DNA of 64,000 nucleotides, taken from an uncultured Fibrobacteraceae bacterium. Lineage in GTDB: Bacteria > Krumholzibacteriota > Krumholzibacteriia > LZORAL124-64-63. A model generated the notes under the pieces. The model did no database searches. It saw only the letters and a program-made list of their open reading frames with translations, and had not been told where the DNA came from. The position numbers and the translations under genes were made by a program. This document shows, in pieces, positions 1 through 7,083 of this stretch. Each line of letters opens with the position of its first letter. Position 1 is the stretch's first letter. The DNA lies in contig CAZTWK010000002.1 of NCBI GenBank assembly GCA_964617805.1, forward strand, positions 20,308 to 84,307. The letters are read 5' to 3'.

Positions 1-411
1 CCAGGAGGCCAGCGCGTCGCGCGCGGATCCGGCGTCGGTGCGCCAGGCCACGAGGCCGTGGGCGTCCGTGCGGGCAGCGCCGCGGGGCAGGTCGTCGAGA
101 TATCCCTTCAAGACGTCCCAGTCCGCTCCCGCCCGCGCCGCGAGGAAGATCACGTCGTCCCCGGCCGCGTCGAGGCAGGCTGCGGGTCCCACCGCGACGC
201 CCGGCGGCGCCGTTTCCGCCTGCAGGTCGGCCAGCAGGCCGCGCGGGAGCAGTCCGAGAGCGCACGGGTCCTGCGCGCGGGTGGTCAGAAGTTGCACACG
301 CTCGCGCAGGTTGAGCAGCCCGCAGGGCAGCTCGTAGACCGGCAGGCTCCAGGACAGGGGACGGAATTGCTGGGCGGTGTGGTCCTCGAAGAGGACGACC
401 AGTCGGGCCAA
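1..411 (-). CDS. Putative sugar nucleotidyltransferase (GlmU-like N-terminal, NTP_transf_4 type); 5' part only, continues past the left edge
   Basis: Not in the ORF track. Manual translation from TTG at 411 (GAGGAG upstream) gives LARLVVLFEDHTAQQFRPLSWSLPVYELPCGLLNLRERV, resembling the family N-terminus (LFED..F.PL...RPV.ELR.G). Confidence 0.7.
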   Translation of the reverse strand, partial: MARLVVLFEDHTAQQFRPLSWSLPVYELPCGLLNLRERVQLLTTRAQDPCALGLLPRGLLADLQAETAPPGVAVGPAACLDAAGDDVIFLAARAGADWDVLKGYLDDLPRGAARTDAHGLVAWRTDAGSARDALASW

Positions 412-424
412 GACGACTCCTCGC

Positions 425-781
425 TCAATTGAGATTGATCTGCACCATGGCGCCGGCCGGAGCCTCCAGCATGTGGGATGCCAGCGTCGATCCTTCCGGG
501 GCCACCAGAAGGATCGGCACGATGCCGTCCGTTTCGTCGGCGGGCGTCGCCGGCGTCGTGACGGTCTCGCCGTCGGCCAGACAGGCCACGTCCAGGCATT
601 GATCTTGCGTCCCGATCATGGCGAGTGTCTCTGTCCCGGCCGCCGCACCACCGGTGGGGGCCGCGGTGACGGACAGGGACGGAAGGACCGAAACCCGGGC
701 GTCGAACGAGAAATCGGCGCCCAGCACCGGCGTAGACGCCAGAACGGCACAGACGAGCAACGGGCAGGCGATGCGGATCAT
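425..781 (-). CDS. Small secreted protein, possibly a divergent pilin-like subunit
   Basis: ATG at 781 with GGAGG upstream; signal peptide MIRIACPLLVCAVLASTPVLG; ends VQINLN. Confidence 0.6.
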   Translation of the reverse strand: MIRIACPLLVCAVLASTPVLGADFSFDARVSVLPSLSVTAAPTGGAAAGTETLAMIGTQDQCLDVACLADGETVTTPATPADETDGIVPILLVAPEGSTLASHMLEAPAGAMVQINLN

Positions 782-1002
782 GAGGCGACCTCCCCCGGTG
801 GATGGCGTTCCGCTGCGTGGGCCGCAAGTCATAACATGATGCCAGTCTGGCGCATACGCGGGCAAAATGCACCCAAAAAACTGTAAAGCCGGGTGTCCGG
901 CGGTCGATGACTAGCACGAGCGAGGCATCCGGAGCAAGGCACACCAAACGTCTCGACAGTTTTTCCGGGTATGGAGACCACCGTTTCACAAGGAGTTGAA
1001 TC

Positions 1003-1500
1003 ATGCGGAAACACCTCATCCTGACCTTGGCGGCCCTGCTCGTCGCCACTCCCTTCACGCAGGTCGCGGCCCTGGATTCGCCCCAGGACGGCGTCGTCGA
1101 CGTGTTCATCGCGTTGGCCGTGGCCGAGACTGTCGAGATGGACTTCGGCGCCGTGATCGACGCCGACGGTACCGTGACCCTGGACACCAGCGACACCATC
1201 GCCGCTGATCCCAACGCCATCCACCAGGGCGGCACCGTGGCCAGCGGCCTGTACACCATCACCGGTCAGCCGAGCACGGCGGTGGACGTGGACATCACGC
1301 CCCAGAACGCCAACGGTCTGCTGCTGTCCAACTTCACCACCGACGTGGGCGGCGGCGTGTTCCCGCTCGTCGCGGCGATGATCGACGGCGTGGGCGACCT
1401 GGCCATGGCCCTCGGTGCGGACCTCGAGGTCCAGAGCGGCGTGGCCGCTCCCGGCGCCAACCAGCCCCTGGCCTTCACCATCACGGTGACCTACAACTAG
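1003..1500 (+). CDS. DUF4402-family secreted pilin-like protein
   Basis: AAGGAG RBS, signal peptide, MDFG motif, beta-rich, C-terminal FTITVTYN. Confidence 0.8.
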   Translation: MRKHLILTLAALLVATPFTQVAALDSPQDGVVDVFIALAVAETVEMDFGAVIDADGTVTLDTSDTIAADPNAIHQGGTVASGLYTITGQPSTAVDVDITPQNANGLLLSNFTTDVGGGVFPLVAAMIDGVGDLAMALGADLEVQSGVAAPGANQPLAFTITVTYN

Positions 1501-1518
1501 TCTCCACCCGGGACTGGT

Positions 1519-1548
1519 GGGGGGGCCTCCGGGCCTCCCCTTCTTCTT
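1519..1548 (+). terminator. Intrinsic terminator after the first pilin gene
   Basis: GGGGGGGCC-TCCG-GGCCTCCCC stem (one G:U pair) followed by TTCTTCTT. Confidence 0.7.
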
Positions 1549-1570
1549 GCCCGCCACCGGAAGCCGCATC

Positions 1571-1586
1571 TGGCACGCCCCTTGCC
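1571..1586 (+). promoter_or_regulatory. Sigma54 (-24/-12) promoter for the second pilin gene
   Basis: TGGCACG-CCCC-TTGCC, near-perfect match to TGGCACG-N4-TTGCW, ~45 nt before ATG 1630. Confidence 0.7.
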
Positions 1587-1629
1587 GAAACATCTGCGAG
1601 TCCAAACGGATAACCGGGGAGACCCGTAG

Positions 1630-2115
1630 ATGAATCTGCTTGCAGGACAAGTGGTTCGCCCATTTCGCGGGCGAGTCCTCTCGAGCGTGTTGCTCCTGGC
1701 GCTGCTACAGGCCATACCGGCCGGCGGCGCGGATCTGAGCATCTTCGAGACGGTCGAACTCGATTTCGGCTCCGTCGTCGACGGCGACGGGTCGGTCGTG
1801 CTCGGCCTGGCCGACGCCATCACGTCCGATCCGGCTGACATCCACGTGGCGGGTCCCGTCGCCACGGGCCGCTACACCATCACCGGCGATCCCTTCGCCG
1901 CCTTCAGCCTGTCCATCGCCGGCTTCACGGCCGCGGGGCTGAACATCGGCGACTTCGAGACCAGCGAGGGCACCCCGCCCCTGCTGAGCGTGGCCCTGGA
2001 CGGCTCCGGCGAACTGGATCTCAGCCTGGGCGCCACCCTGACCGTGGATTCCAACGTGGCCGCGCCGGGCCTGAACCAGCCCCTCATCTACATCATCACC
2101 ATCGACTACAACTAG
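1630..2115 (+). CDS. Second DUF4402-family pilin-like protein, paralog of 1003..1500
   Basis: Signal peptide; LDFGSVVDGDG vs MDFGAVIDADG, YTITG, NQPL, ends ITIDYN. Confidence 0.8.
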   Translation: MNLLAGQVVRPFRGRVLSSVLLLALLQAIPAGGADLSIFETVELDFGSVVDGDGSVVLGLADAITSDPADIHVAGPVATGRYTITGDPFAAFSLSIAGFTAAGLNIGDFETSEGTPPLLSVALDGSGELDLSLGATLTVDSNVAAPGLNQPLIYIITIDYN

Positions 2116-2147
2116 CGTCTTCCGTTGATCTTCCGCTTTCGCGCCGG

Positions 2148-2163
2148 TGGCATGGCCGTTGCG
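2148..2163 (+). promoter_or_regulatory. Sigma54 (-24/-12) promoter candidate for the chaperone-usher genes
   Basis: TGGCATG-GCCG-TTGCG with exact GG-N10-GC spacing, intergenic, ~80 nt before ATG 2244. Confidence 0.6.
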
Positions 2164-2243
2164 TTGCTGCCCTCCCGGATGTCCGCGCGGAGCCCGGATC
2201 CGCCGGAATCCCCGGCGATATTTGCCTGCAAGGAGGATGTCTT

Positions 2244-3113
2244 ATGGTTTGGTCGTGGTTGCGTCGCGCTTCCCTACTGGGACTATGGTCGGCAATCGTC
2301 CTGTGTGGCGGCGTTCTGGACACCCTGGCCAGCGGCCTGTCCATCGCGCCCATCCGGCTGGTCTTCGACGGCCGGTCGCGGGTGGCCACCGTCTATCTCA
2401 CCAACAAGAGCGACGAGGCGTCGACCTACCGCATCCTGGTGCGCGACAAGCGCATGCTCGAGAGCGGCCAGATCGTCGACGCGGAGGAGGCCTGGCCGGG
2501 CGAACGCTTCGCCAGCGAACTGCTGCGCTTCTCCCCCCGCCGCGTCGTGCTGGCGCCGGGCGAGAGCCAGACCGTGCGCGTCATGCTGCGCAATCCCAGC
2601 GAGGGACGCCTCGAGCACGGCGAGTACCGCACTCATCTGATCTTCCAGTCGGTGCCCAACGCGCCCACGCCCGAGGAGGCGGCGCGCCAGGACGGCCACA
2701 CCGTCGCCCAGGCCATCATCGAGACCAGCATCCCGGTGATCATCCGGCGTGACAACCCCGACGCCGCCGTCAGTTTCGCCGAGGCGGCCCTGGACACCGC
2801 CCGCACCCCCGACGGCCGTCCCCTGCTCGAGCTGGTGCTGGCCCGTGAGGGGGACCGCTCGGTCTACGGCGACATCACCGTGGACTGGATCGACGACAAC
2901 GGCCGCGGCCAGCCCGTGGCCAAGATCGTGGGCATCGCCGTCTACCATCCCACGCCGCGGCGTCAGATCAAGCTGCCGCTGGCGGTCTCCGACCCGAACG
3001 TCCTGAGCGAGGGGCGTCTGTACGTGCGCTTCGAGGAGAGCCCCCTGGGTCGGGGCGACCTGTGGACCGACACGACGGTGAACCTGGCCGCGGGGAGGAT
3101 CTTCGACCGATGA
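2244..3113 (+). CDS. Periplasmic fimbrial chaperone (PapD-like N-terminal domain)
   Basis: AAGGAGG RBS, signal peptide, LSIAPIRLVF, RFSPRRVVLAPGESQTVRV, GEYRTHLIF motifs. Confidence 0.8.
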   Translation: MVWSWLRRASLLGLWSAIVLCGGVLDTLASGLSIAPIRLVFDGRSRVATVYLTNKSDEASTYRILVRDKRMLESGQIVDAEEAWPGERFASELLRFSPRRVVLAPGESQTVRVMLRNPSEGRLEHGEYRTHLIFQSVPNAPTPEEAARQDGHTVAQAIIETSIPVIIRRDNPDAAVSFAEAALDTARTPDGRPLLELVLAREGDRSVYGDITVDWIDDNGRGQPVAKIVGIAVYHPTPRRQIKLPLAVSDPNVLSEGRLYVRFEESPLGRGDLWTDTTVNLAAGRIFDR

Positions 3114-5821
3114 AGCGCCTGCGGTACTGGACGGGATCCCCGGGCAACACGCTGTGGCTGGTGACGGCCCTGCTGTGCGGGTTGCTCTTCCTGGCCGGTG
3201 CCGCCGAAGCCCAGTCCCCCGCCGCGGCCGACCATCTCGGCGACGAGGACCTGGTGATCCTCGAGGTGCGCCTGGGCAACGAGGTCGTCAGCCCGGGCCT
3301 GATCGCCTTCCAGCATCCCGGCGGTGTCCTGATGCCCCTGGGCGCCCTGACCGACCTCCTGGAATTCGCCATCGACGTCCGGCCAGACCATGGCCGGGCC
3401 ACGGGGTGGTTCATCGACGAGTCGCGCCGCTTCGAGCTGGACCTGAACGCCGGCACGGTCGTCAGCGACGGCGTCACCGGGACCTGCGGCGCCGCCGACT
3501 CGGCCGCCGATATCGACGACATCTACGTGGACACCGTCCGCCTCGCGGAGTGGTTCCCCTTCGAGCTCGAGGTCTCGGTCATCCAGCTCCTGGCCAAGAT
3601 CTCGCCCAGCGAGACCCTGCCCCTGCAGAGCCGCCTCAAGCGCGAGGCCATCCGCTCACGCTCGCTGGAGAGCGAACTGCTCGCCGAACGCCTGCCCCTG
3701 CAGAAGGCCGACTACAGCATGTTCACCTGGCCGCTGGTGGACGCGAACCTGGAGTACCGGGGACGCGGGAACGACAGGGCCCCGCGCTTCTCCATCCAGA
3801 GCAGCGGCGACCTGGGCACCCTGGCCACCGACGTCTTCGTCACCCACACCGACGGCGCCAAGCTCATCAACGCCACGCGCCTGCGGGCCGGCCGCACCGA
3901 CGCCTACGGCGACCTGCTGGGGCCCCTGTGCGCCACGGAGTTCGCCTTCGGCGATCTCTACGCCCCCAGCACACCCCTGGTCCTGCGCGGCAAACTCGGC
4001 CGGGGTGTGATGCTCTCGAACCGTCCCCTGCGCCGCCCCGACCGCTTCGACAGTACCGAGATCAGCGGAGACGGACCACCCGGCTGGGAGGTCGAACTCT
4101 ACGGCAACAACGCCCTGTTGGACTTCGCCACCATCGACGAGACGGGCCGCTACCTCTTCACGGAGGTCCCCCTGGCCTTCGGCCGCAACGTCTTCCGCAC
4201 GGCGCTCTACGGCCCCCAGGGCCAGACGCGCGAGTTCACACGGGTGATGAACGTCGGCACCACCATGATCGCGCCCGGCAAGATCGAATACCGCCTGTTC
4301 GGGGTGCAGGACGAGCGATTCCTGATCACCGGCGACCAGCTCTTCGACGACACGCCCGACCGCGGTCGCTGGACCGGCCACCTCGAGGCGGGCTACGGCC
4401 TGGGCAAGCGCGTCTCCCTGCTCGGCGGCTACACGCGCCAACCCCTCGCGGGCGTGGACCGGGACTACCTGAGCCTCGTCGCCGACGGCAGCCTGAAGGG
4501 CTACCAGATGCAGGCCGTGGGCGTGCGCGCCCTCGCCGGCGGCAGCGCCGCCAGCTTCTCCATGCGGGGCGAGTTCCTGGGCCGCACCCTGACGGCCGAG
4601 CAGTTCATCTACAACGACTTCGTGAGCGACGCCAATCCCTTCGAGCAGCAGCGCACCTCGGAGACGCGGGTGCGCGTCGGGGGCAACACCCTCTGGAGCG
4701 GCCGCCACCTCGCCTACGACCTGCAGGTACAGACCACGGGCTTCATGGGCCGGGGCATCACCCGCCAGGATCGCGTGCAGCTGCGTGGGGCCACCCTCTG
4801 GCGCGGGTTGCAGGTGAGTTCCAAGCTGGACTTCCGCAACAGCAAGTCCGTCCTCGGCACCTACGACCAGCTCTTCGTGGACCAGCTGGCGCGCGGGGTC
4901 TGGGGACCGCTGATGCTGCGGGGCTCGGCCAGCGTGAGCATGAGACCGGAGACGGCCCTGAAGGCCGTCTCGGGCAGCGCCTACTGGAATCCGGTGGGAC
5001 GCATGCGGATGGGCGCCCACGCCACACACCGTTTCGACGACGCCGTGCCGACGACCGTCGGCGGCTCGCTCGGGTTGTTGATGGACACCTTCAGCGTGTC
5101 CGTGAGCGCCAGCGCCGCGGGCGACCAGTCGCCCTACTTGAGCGTCGCCATCTCCACCTCGATGACCAAGGTGCCCGAGACCATGCGCATGCACGTGCAG
5201 CGCCAGCGCATGTCGGCCGGCTACGGCGCCACCGCTCGCGTCTTCCTGGACCGCAACGCCAACGGCCACTGGGACGACCAGGACGACCCCCTGCCCGAGG
5301 TGCGCATCACCGGCGCCGGCGCCTGGAACGAGGGCGTCACCGGCGACAACGGCATCACCTATCTGGCCGGGCTGCCGGCCCACCGAGAGCGCGACCTGTC
5401 GGTGGACCTGGCCTCGCTGCAGGATCCCTTCCTGCTGCCCGCTCTGGAGGGTCTGCGGGCCACCGGTCACCCGGGTGGGCATGTGACACTGGAGTTCCCG
5501 GTCACCTTCTCCGGAGACATTGAGGGCACGGTCTACGCCCGCACGACGGCCGGCGACGTCCCCCTGCGCAACATCGGTCTGGAACTGGTGGATCTGAGCC
5601 AGCGCTCGATCCGCAAGACGGTGAGCGAGTTCGACGGATACTACCTGTTCCAGGAGATCCCGCCGGGCTGGTACGAGATCCACGTGATCCCGGAGACCCT
5701 GACGCGCAAAAACCTGCGCCTGCCGCCGCCGGTGGCCGCAGTCGTCCCGCCCGAGGGCGGCGTCTCCGACGGCAACGACTTCCTGCTGCGCTTCCAGGCG
5801 GGGCAGCGCGCGTCACGCTGA
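3110..5821 (+). CDS. Usher-like outer-membrane protein with C-terminal SdrD-B/carboxypeptidase-regulatory-like Ig domains
   Basis: ATGA overlap with the chaperone stop; signal peptide; ISGDGPPGWEVELYGNNALL plug-like motif; amphipathic beta-strands; VFLDRNANGHWD and SEFDGYYLFQEIPPGWYEI motifs. Confidence 0.75.
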   Translation: MKRLRYWTGSPGNTLWLVTALLCGLLFLAGAAEAQSPAAADHLGDEDLVILEVRLGNEVVSPGLIAFQHPGGVLMPLGALTDLLEFAIDVRPDHGRATGWFIDESRRFELDLNAGTVVSDGVTGTCGAADSAADIDDIYVDTVRLAEWFPFELEVSVIQLLAKISPSETLPLQSRLKREAIRSRSLESELLAERLPLQKADYSMFTWPLVDANLEYRGRGNDRAPRFSIQSSGDLGTLATDVFVTHTDGAKLINATRLRAGRTDAYGDLLGPLCATEFAFGDLYAPSTPLVLRGKLGRGVMLSNRPLRRPDRFDSTEISGDGPPGWEVELYGNNALLDFATIDETGRYLFTEVPLAFGRNVFRTALYGPQGQTREFTRVMNVGTTMIAPGKIEYRLFGVQDERFLITGDQLFDDTPDRGRWTGHLEAGYGLGKRVSLLGGYTRQPLAGVDRDYLSLVADGSLKGYQMQAVGVRALAGGSAASFSMRGEFLGRTLTAEQFIYNDFVSDANPFEQQRTSETRVRVGGNTLWSGRHLAYDLQVQTTGFMGRGITRQDRVQLRGATLWRGLQVSSKLDFRNSKSVLGTYDQLFVDQLARGVWGPLMLRGSASVSMRPETALKAVSGSAYWNPVGRMRMGAHATHRFDDAVPTTVGGSLGLLMDTFSVSVSASAAGDQSPYLSVAISTSMTKVPETMRMHVQRQRMSAGYGATARVFLDRNANGHWDDQDDPLPEVRITGAGAWNEGVTGDNGITYLAGLPAHRERDLSVDLASLQDPFLLPALEGLRATGHPGGHVTLEFPVTFSGDIEGTVYARTTAGDVPLRNIGLELVDLSQRSIRKTVSEFDGYYLFQEIPPGWYEIHVIPETLTRKNLRLPPPVAAVVPPEGGVSDGNDFLLRFQAGQRASR

Positions 5822-5860
5822 TCCCCCACGCACCGCGACGCGCCCTCATTAAGCAGAATA

Positions 5861-5905
5861 TTGACTTTGAATACTAATACAAACTATATTGGTATGTGTT
5901 ATGCA
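5861..5905 (+). promoter_or_regulatory. AT-rich promoter region of the cytochrome gene
   Basis: TTGACT-N18-TATATT (5861-5890) and TGGTATG-TGTT-ATGCA (GG-N10-GC, 5890-5905), with inverted repeats overlapping both. Confidence 0.5.
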
Positions 5906-5956
5906 CATTCACCCGGAACCGCTCGTCAATCACGCCAGACATCCAGGAGATCGAAG

Positions 5957-6334
5957 ATGACCACTTGCCAAGGCCTGCTCCGTCCCGTGCTGATCGTGGC
6001 GGCTCTGCTGATCGTCGCGTTCCCGGCGACGGGCTACGAGTTCTACAACGGCACCAACGCCTGCGTCCAGTGCCACGACGGCTTCGTGGGCGGCTTCGGC
6101 GCGGAACTCCACGACAGCCACAACGAGATCGCCCAGAATTGCGCGACCTGTCACGCATCCATCGGCGACAACCCTCTCATAGAGAACTGCGCGTCCTGCC
6201 ACTTCCCGGAGCCCCTGTGGAATCTCCACAACAGCGCGCCCGCGGACGGGAACGGACTGAAATGCAACGCCTGTCACACGTTCACCGCCAACGACATGCA
6301 CACCTGGGGCGAGACGAAGTCCTTCTTCCGCTAG
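5957..6334 (+). CDS. Secreted tetraheme c-type cytochrome
   Basis: AGGAG RBS, signal peptide, four CxxCH motifs (CVQCH, CATCH, CASCH, CNACH), C-terminal TWGETKSFFR. Confidence 0.85.
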   Translation: MTTCQGLLRPVLIVAALLIVAFPATGYEFYNGTNACVQCHDGFVGGFGAELHDSHNEIAQNCATCHASIGDNPLIENCASCHFPEPLWNLHNSAPADGNGLKCNACHTFTANDMHTWGETKSFFR

Positions 6335-6364
6335 CGAACGCGACGTCTACGCCGCAACGAAGAA

Positions 6365-6395
6365 AGGACATGCCACGAGGCAGGTCCTCTTCTTT
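6365..6395 (+). terminator. Probable intrinsic terminator after the cytochrome gene
   Basis: AGGAC-A-TGCC-ACGA-GGCA-G-GTCCT hairpin followed by CTTCTTT. Confidence 0.5.
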
Positions 6396-6462
6396 GGGGT
6401 TCAGGCACCGATAGCGGGAAGAACCGGCCCCTCGTCGGCATGCCTGCCAAAGACGAGCGGGA

Positions 6463-6675
6463 TCACTTCAGCAGCGTCATTCTCCGACTCAGCTCCGTCC
6501 CGCCACCGGCGATCCGACACAGGTAGATCCCCGAGGAGAGCGGCTCGCCTCGATCCCCGCGGCCGTCCCAGACGAGATCGTGCTGCCCGGCCGGGAGCCG
6601 GGCCAGCATGAGTTGCCGGACACGACGCCCCCGCGAGTCAAAGATGTCGGCTCTCACCTCGCCGCTTCGCTCCAT
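6463..6675 (-). pseudogene. Truncated gene remnant: FlgD-like Ig / secretion C-terminal domain only
   Basis: GEVRADIFDSRGRRVRQL..LPAGQHDLVWDGRGDRGEPLSSGIYLCRI..RRMTLLK; in-frame TAA directly before the ATG, no signal peptide, no RBS seen. Confidence 0.65.
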
Positions 6676-6706
6676 TTACAGTTCGGTGCAGTGGGGGGAT
6701 CGAAGA

Positions 6707-6735
6707 CGGGGAGCCGCGACTTACGCAGCTCCCCG
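6707..6735 (-). terminator. Hairpin downstream of tRNA-Ala
   Basis: CGGGGAGCCGCG-ACTTA-CGCAGCTCCCCG imperfect inverted repeat. Confidence 0.5.
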
Positions 6736-6752
6736 GTCATCAGGAACTTGGG

Positions 6753-6828
6753 TGGTGGAGCCAAGGGGGATCGAACCCCTGACCTCATGACTGCCAGTCA
6801 TGCGCTCTCCCAGCTGAGCTATGGCCCC
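6753..6828 (-). tRNA. tRNA-Ala(GGC)
   Basis: 76 nt GGGGCCATAGCTCAGCTGGGAGAGCG..CATGA-CTGGCAG-TCATG..GGTTCGATCCCCCTTGGCTCCACCA; encoded CCA. Confidence 0.97.
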
Positions 6829-6894
6829 ACCGAGCCGACATAATATGGGTCAACCGCTACGGACTGTCAAATGGGTTTCGGGGACCCGGTTGCC

Positions 6895-6923
6895 TTGACG
6901 CAGCCCCTTCAGCGACTTATCAT
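6895..6923 (+). promoter_or_regulatory. Sigma70 promoter of tRNA-Leu
   Basis: TTGACG-N17-TATCAT, 11 nt before the tRNA. Confidence 0.7.
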
Positions 6924-6934
6924 GACCGACCGGT

Positions 6935-7021
6935 GCCGGAGTGGTGGAATTGGTAGACGCGTCGGACTCAAAATCCGGTGGCCTTCGGGTCGTGTGGGTT
7001 CAAGTCCCACCTCCGGCACCA
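6935..7021 (+). tRNA. tRNA-Leu(CAA)
   Basis: 87 nt with long variable arm, anticodon arm TCGGA-CTCAAAA-TCCGG, GGTTCAAGTCCC T-arm, ends ACCA. Confidence 0.97.
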
Positions 7022-7036
7022 TGCAGGCGAATGACG

Positions 7037-7068
7037 AAGGGGCGGCCCTCGGTGGGCCGCCCCTTTTC
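7037..7068. terminator. Terminator between convergent tRNA-Leu and pruA
   Basis: AAGGGGCGGCCC-TCGGT-GGGCCGCCCCTT followed by TT. Confidence 0.75.
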
Positions 7069-7083
7069 CCGTCCCCCCCGTGA

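Noticed and set aside
38-432. Plus-strand ORFs 38..337 and 58..432, and minus ORF 285..1262
   Set aside because: Shadow frames. The real gene is the minus-strand nucleotidyltransferase-like frame starting at TTG 411.
782-1002. Sigma54 or sigma70 promoter for the first pilin or the divergent gene
   Set aside because: GG/GC pairs inspected on both strands lacked N10 spacing, and no convincing -35/-10 pair was found.
1003-2115. Idea that the pilins form conductive e-pili serving the adjacent cytochrome
   Set aside because: The subunits are beta-rich chaperone-usher type with few aromatic residues (about 8 Phe/Tyr in pilin 1), not type IV pilins. Only adjacency supports a link.
1-6750. Intact genomic island or prophage at tRNA-Ala
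   Set aside because: No integrase, transposase or phage genes and no distal att copy seen in the window; codon style resembles the core genes. Only a possible scar is reported.
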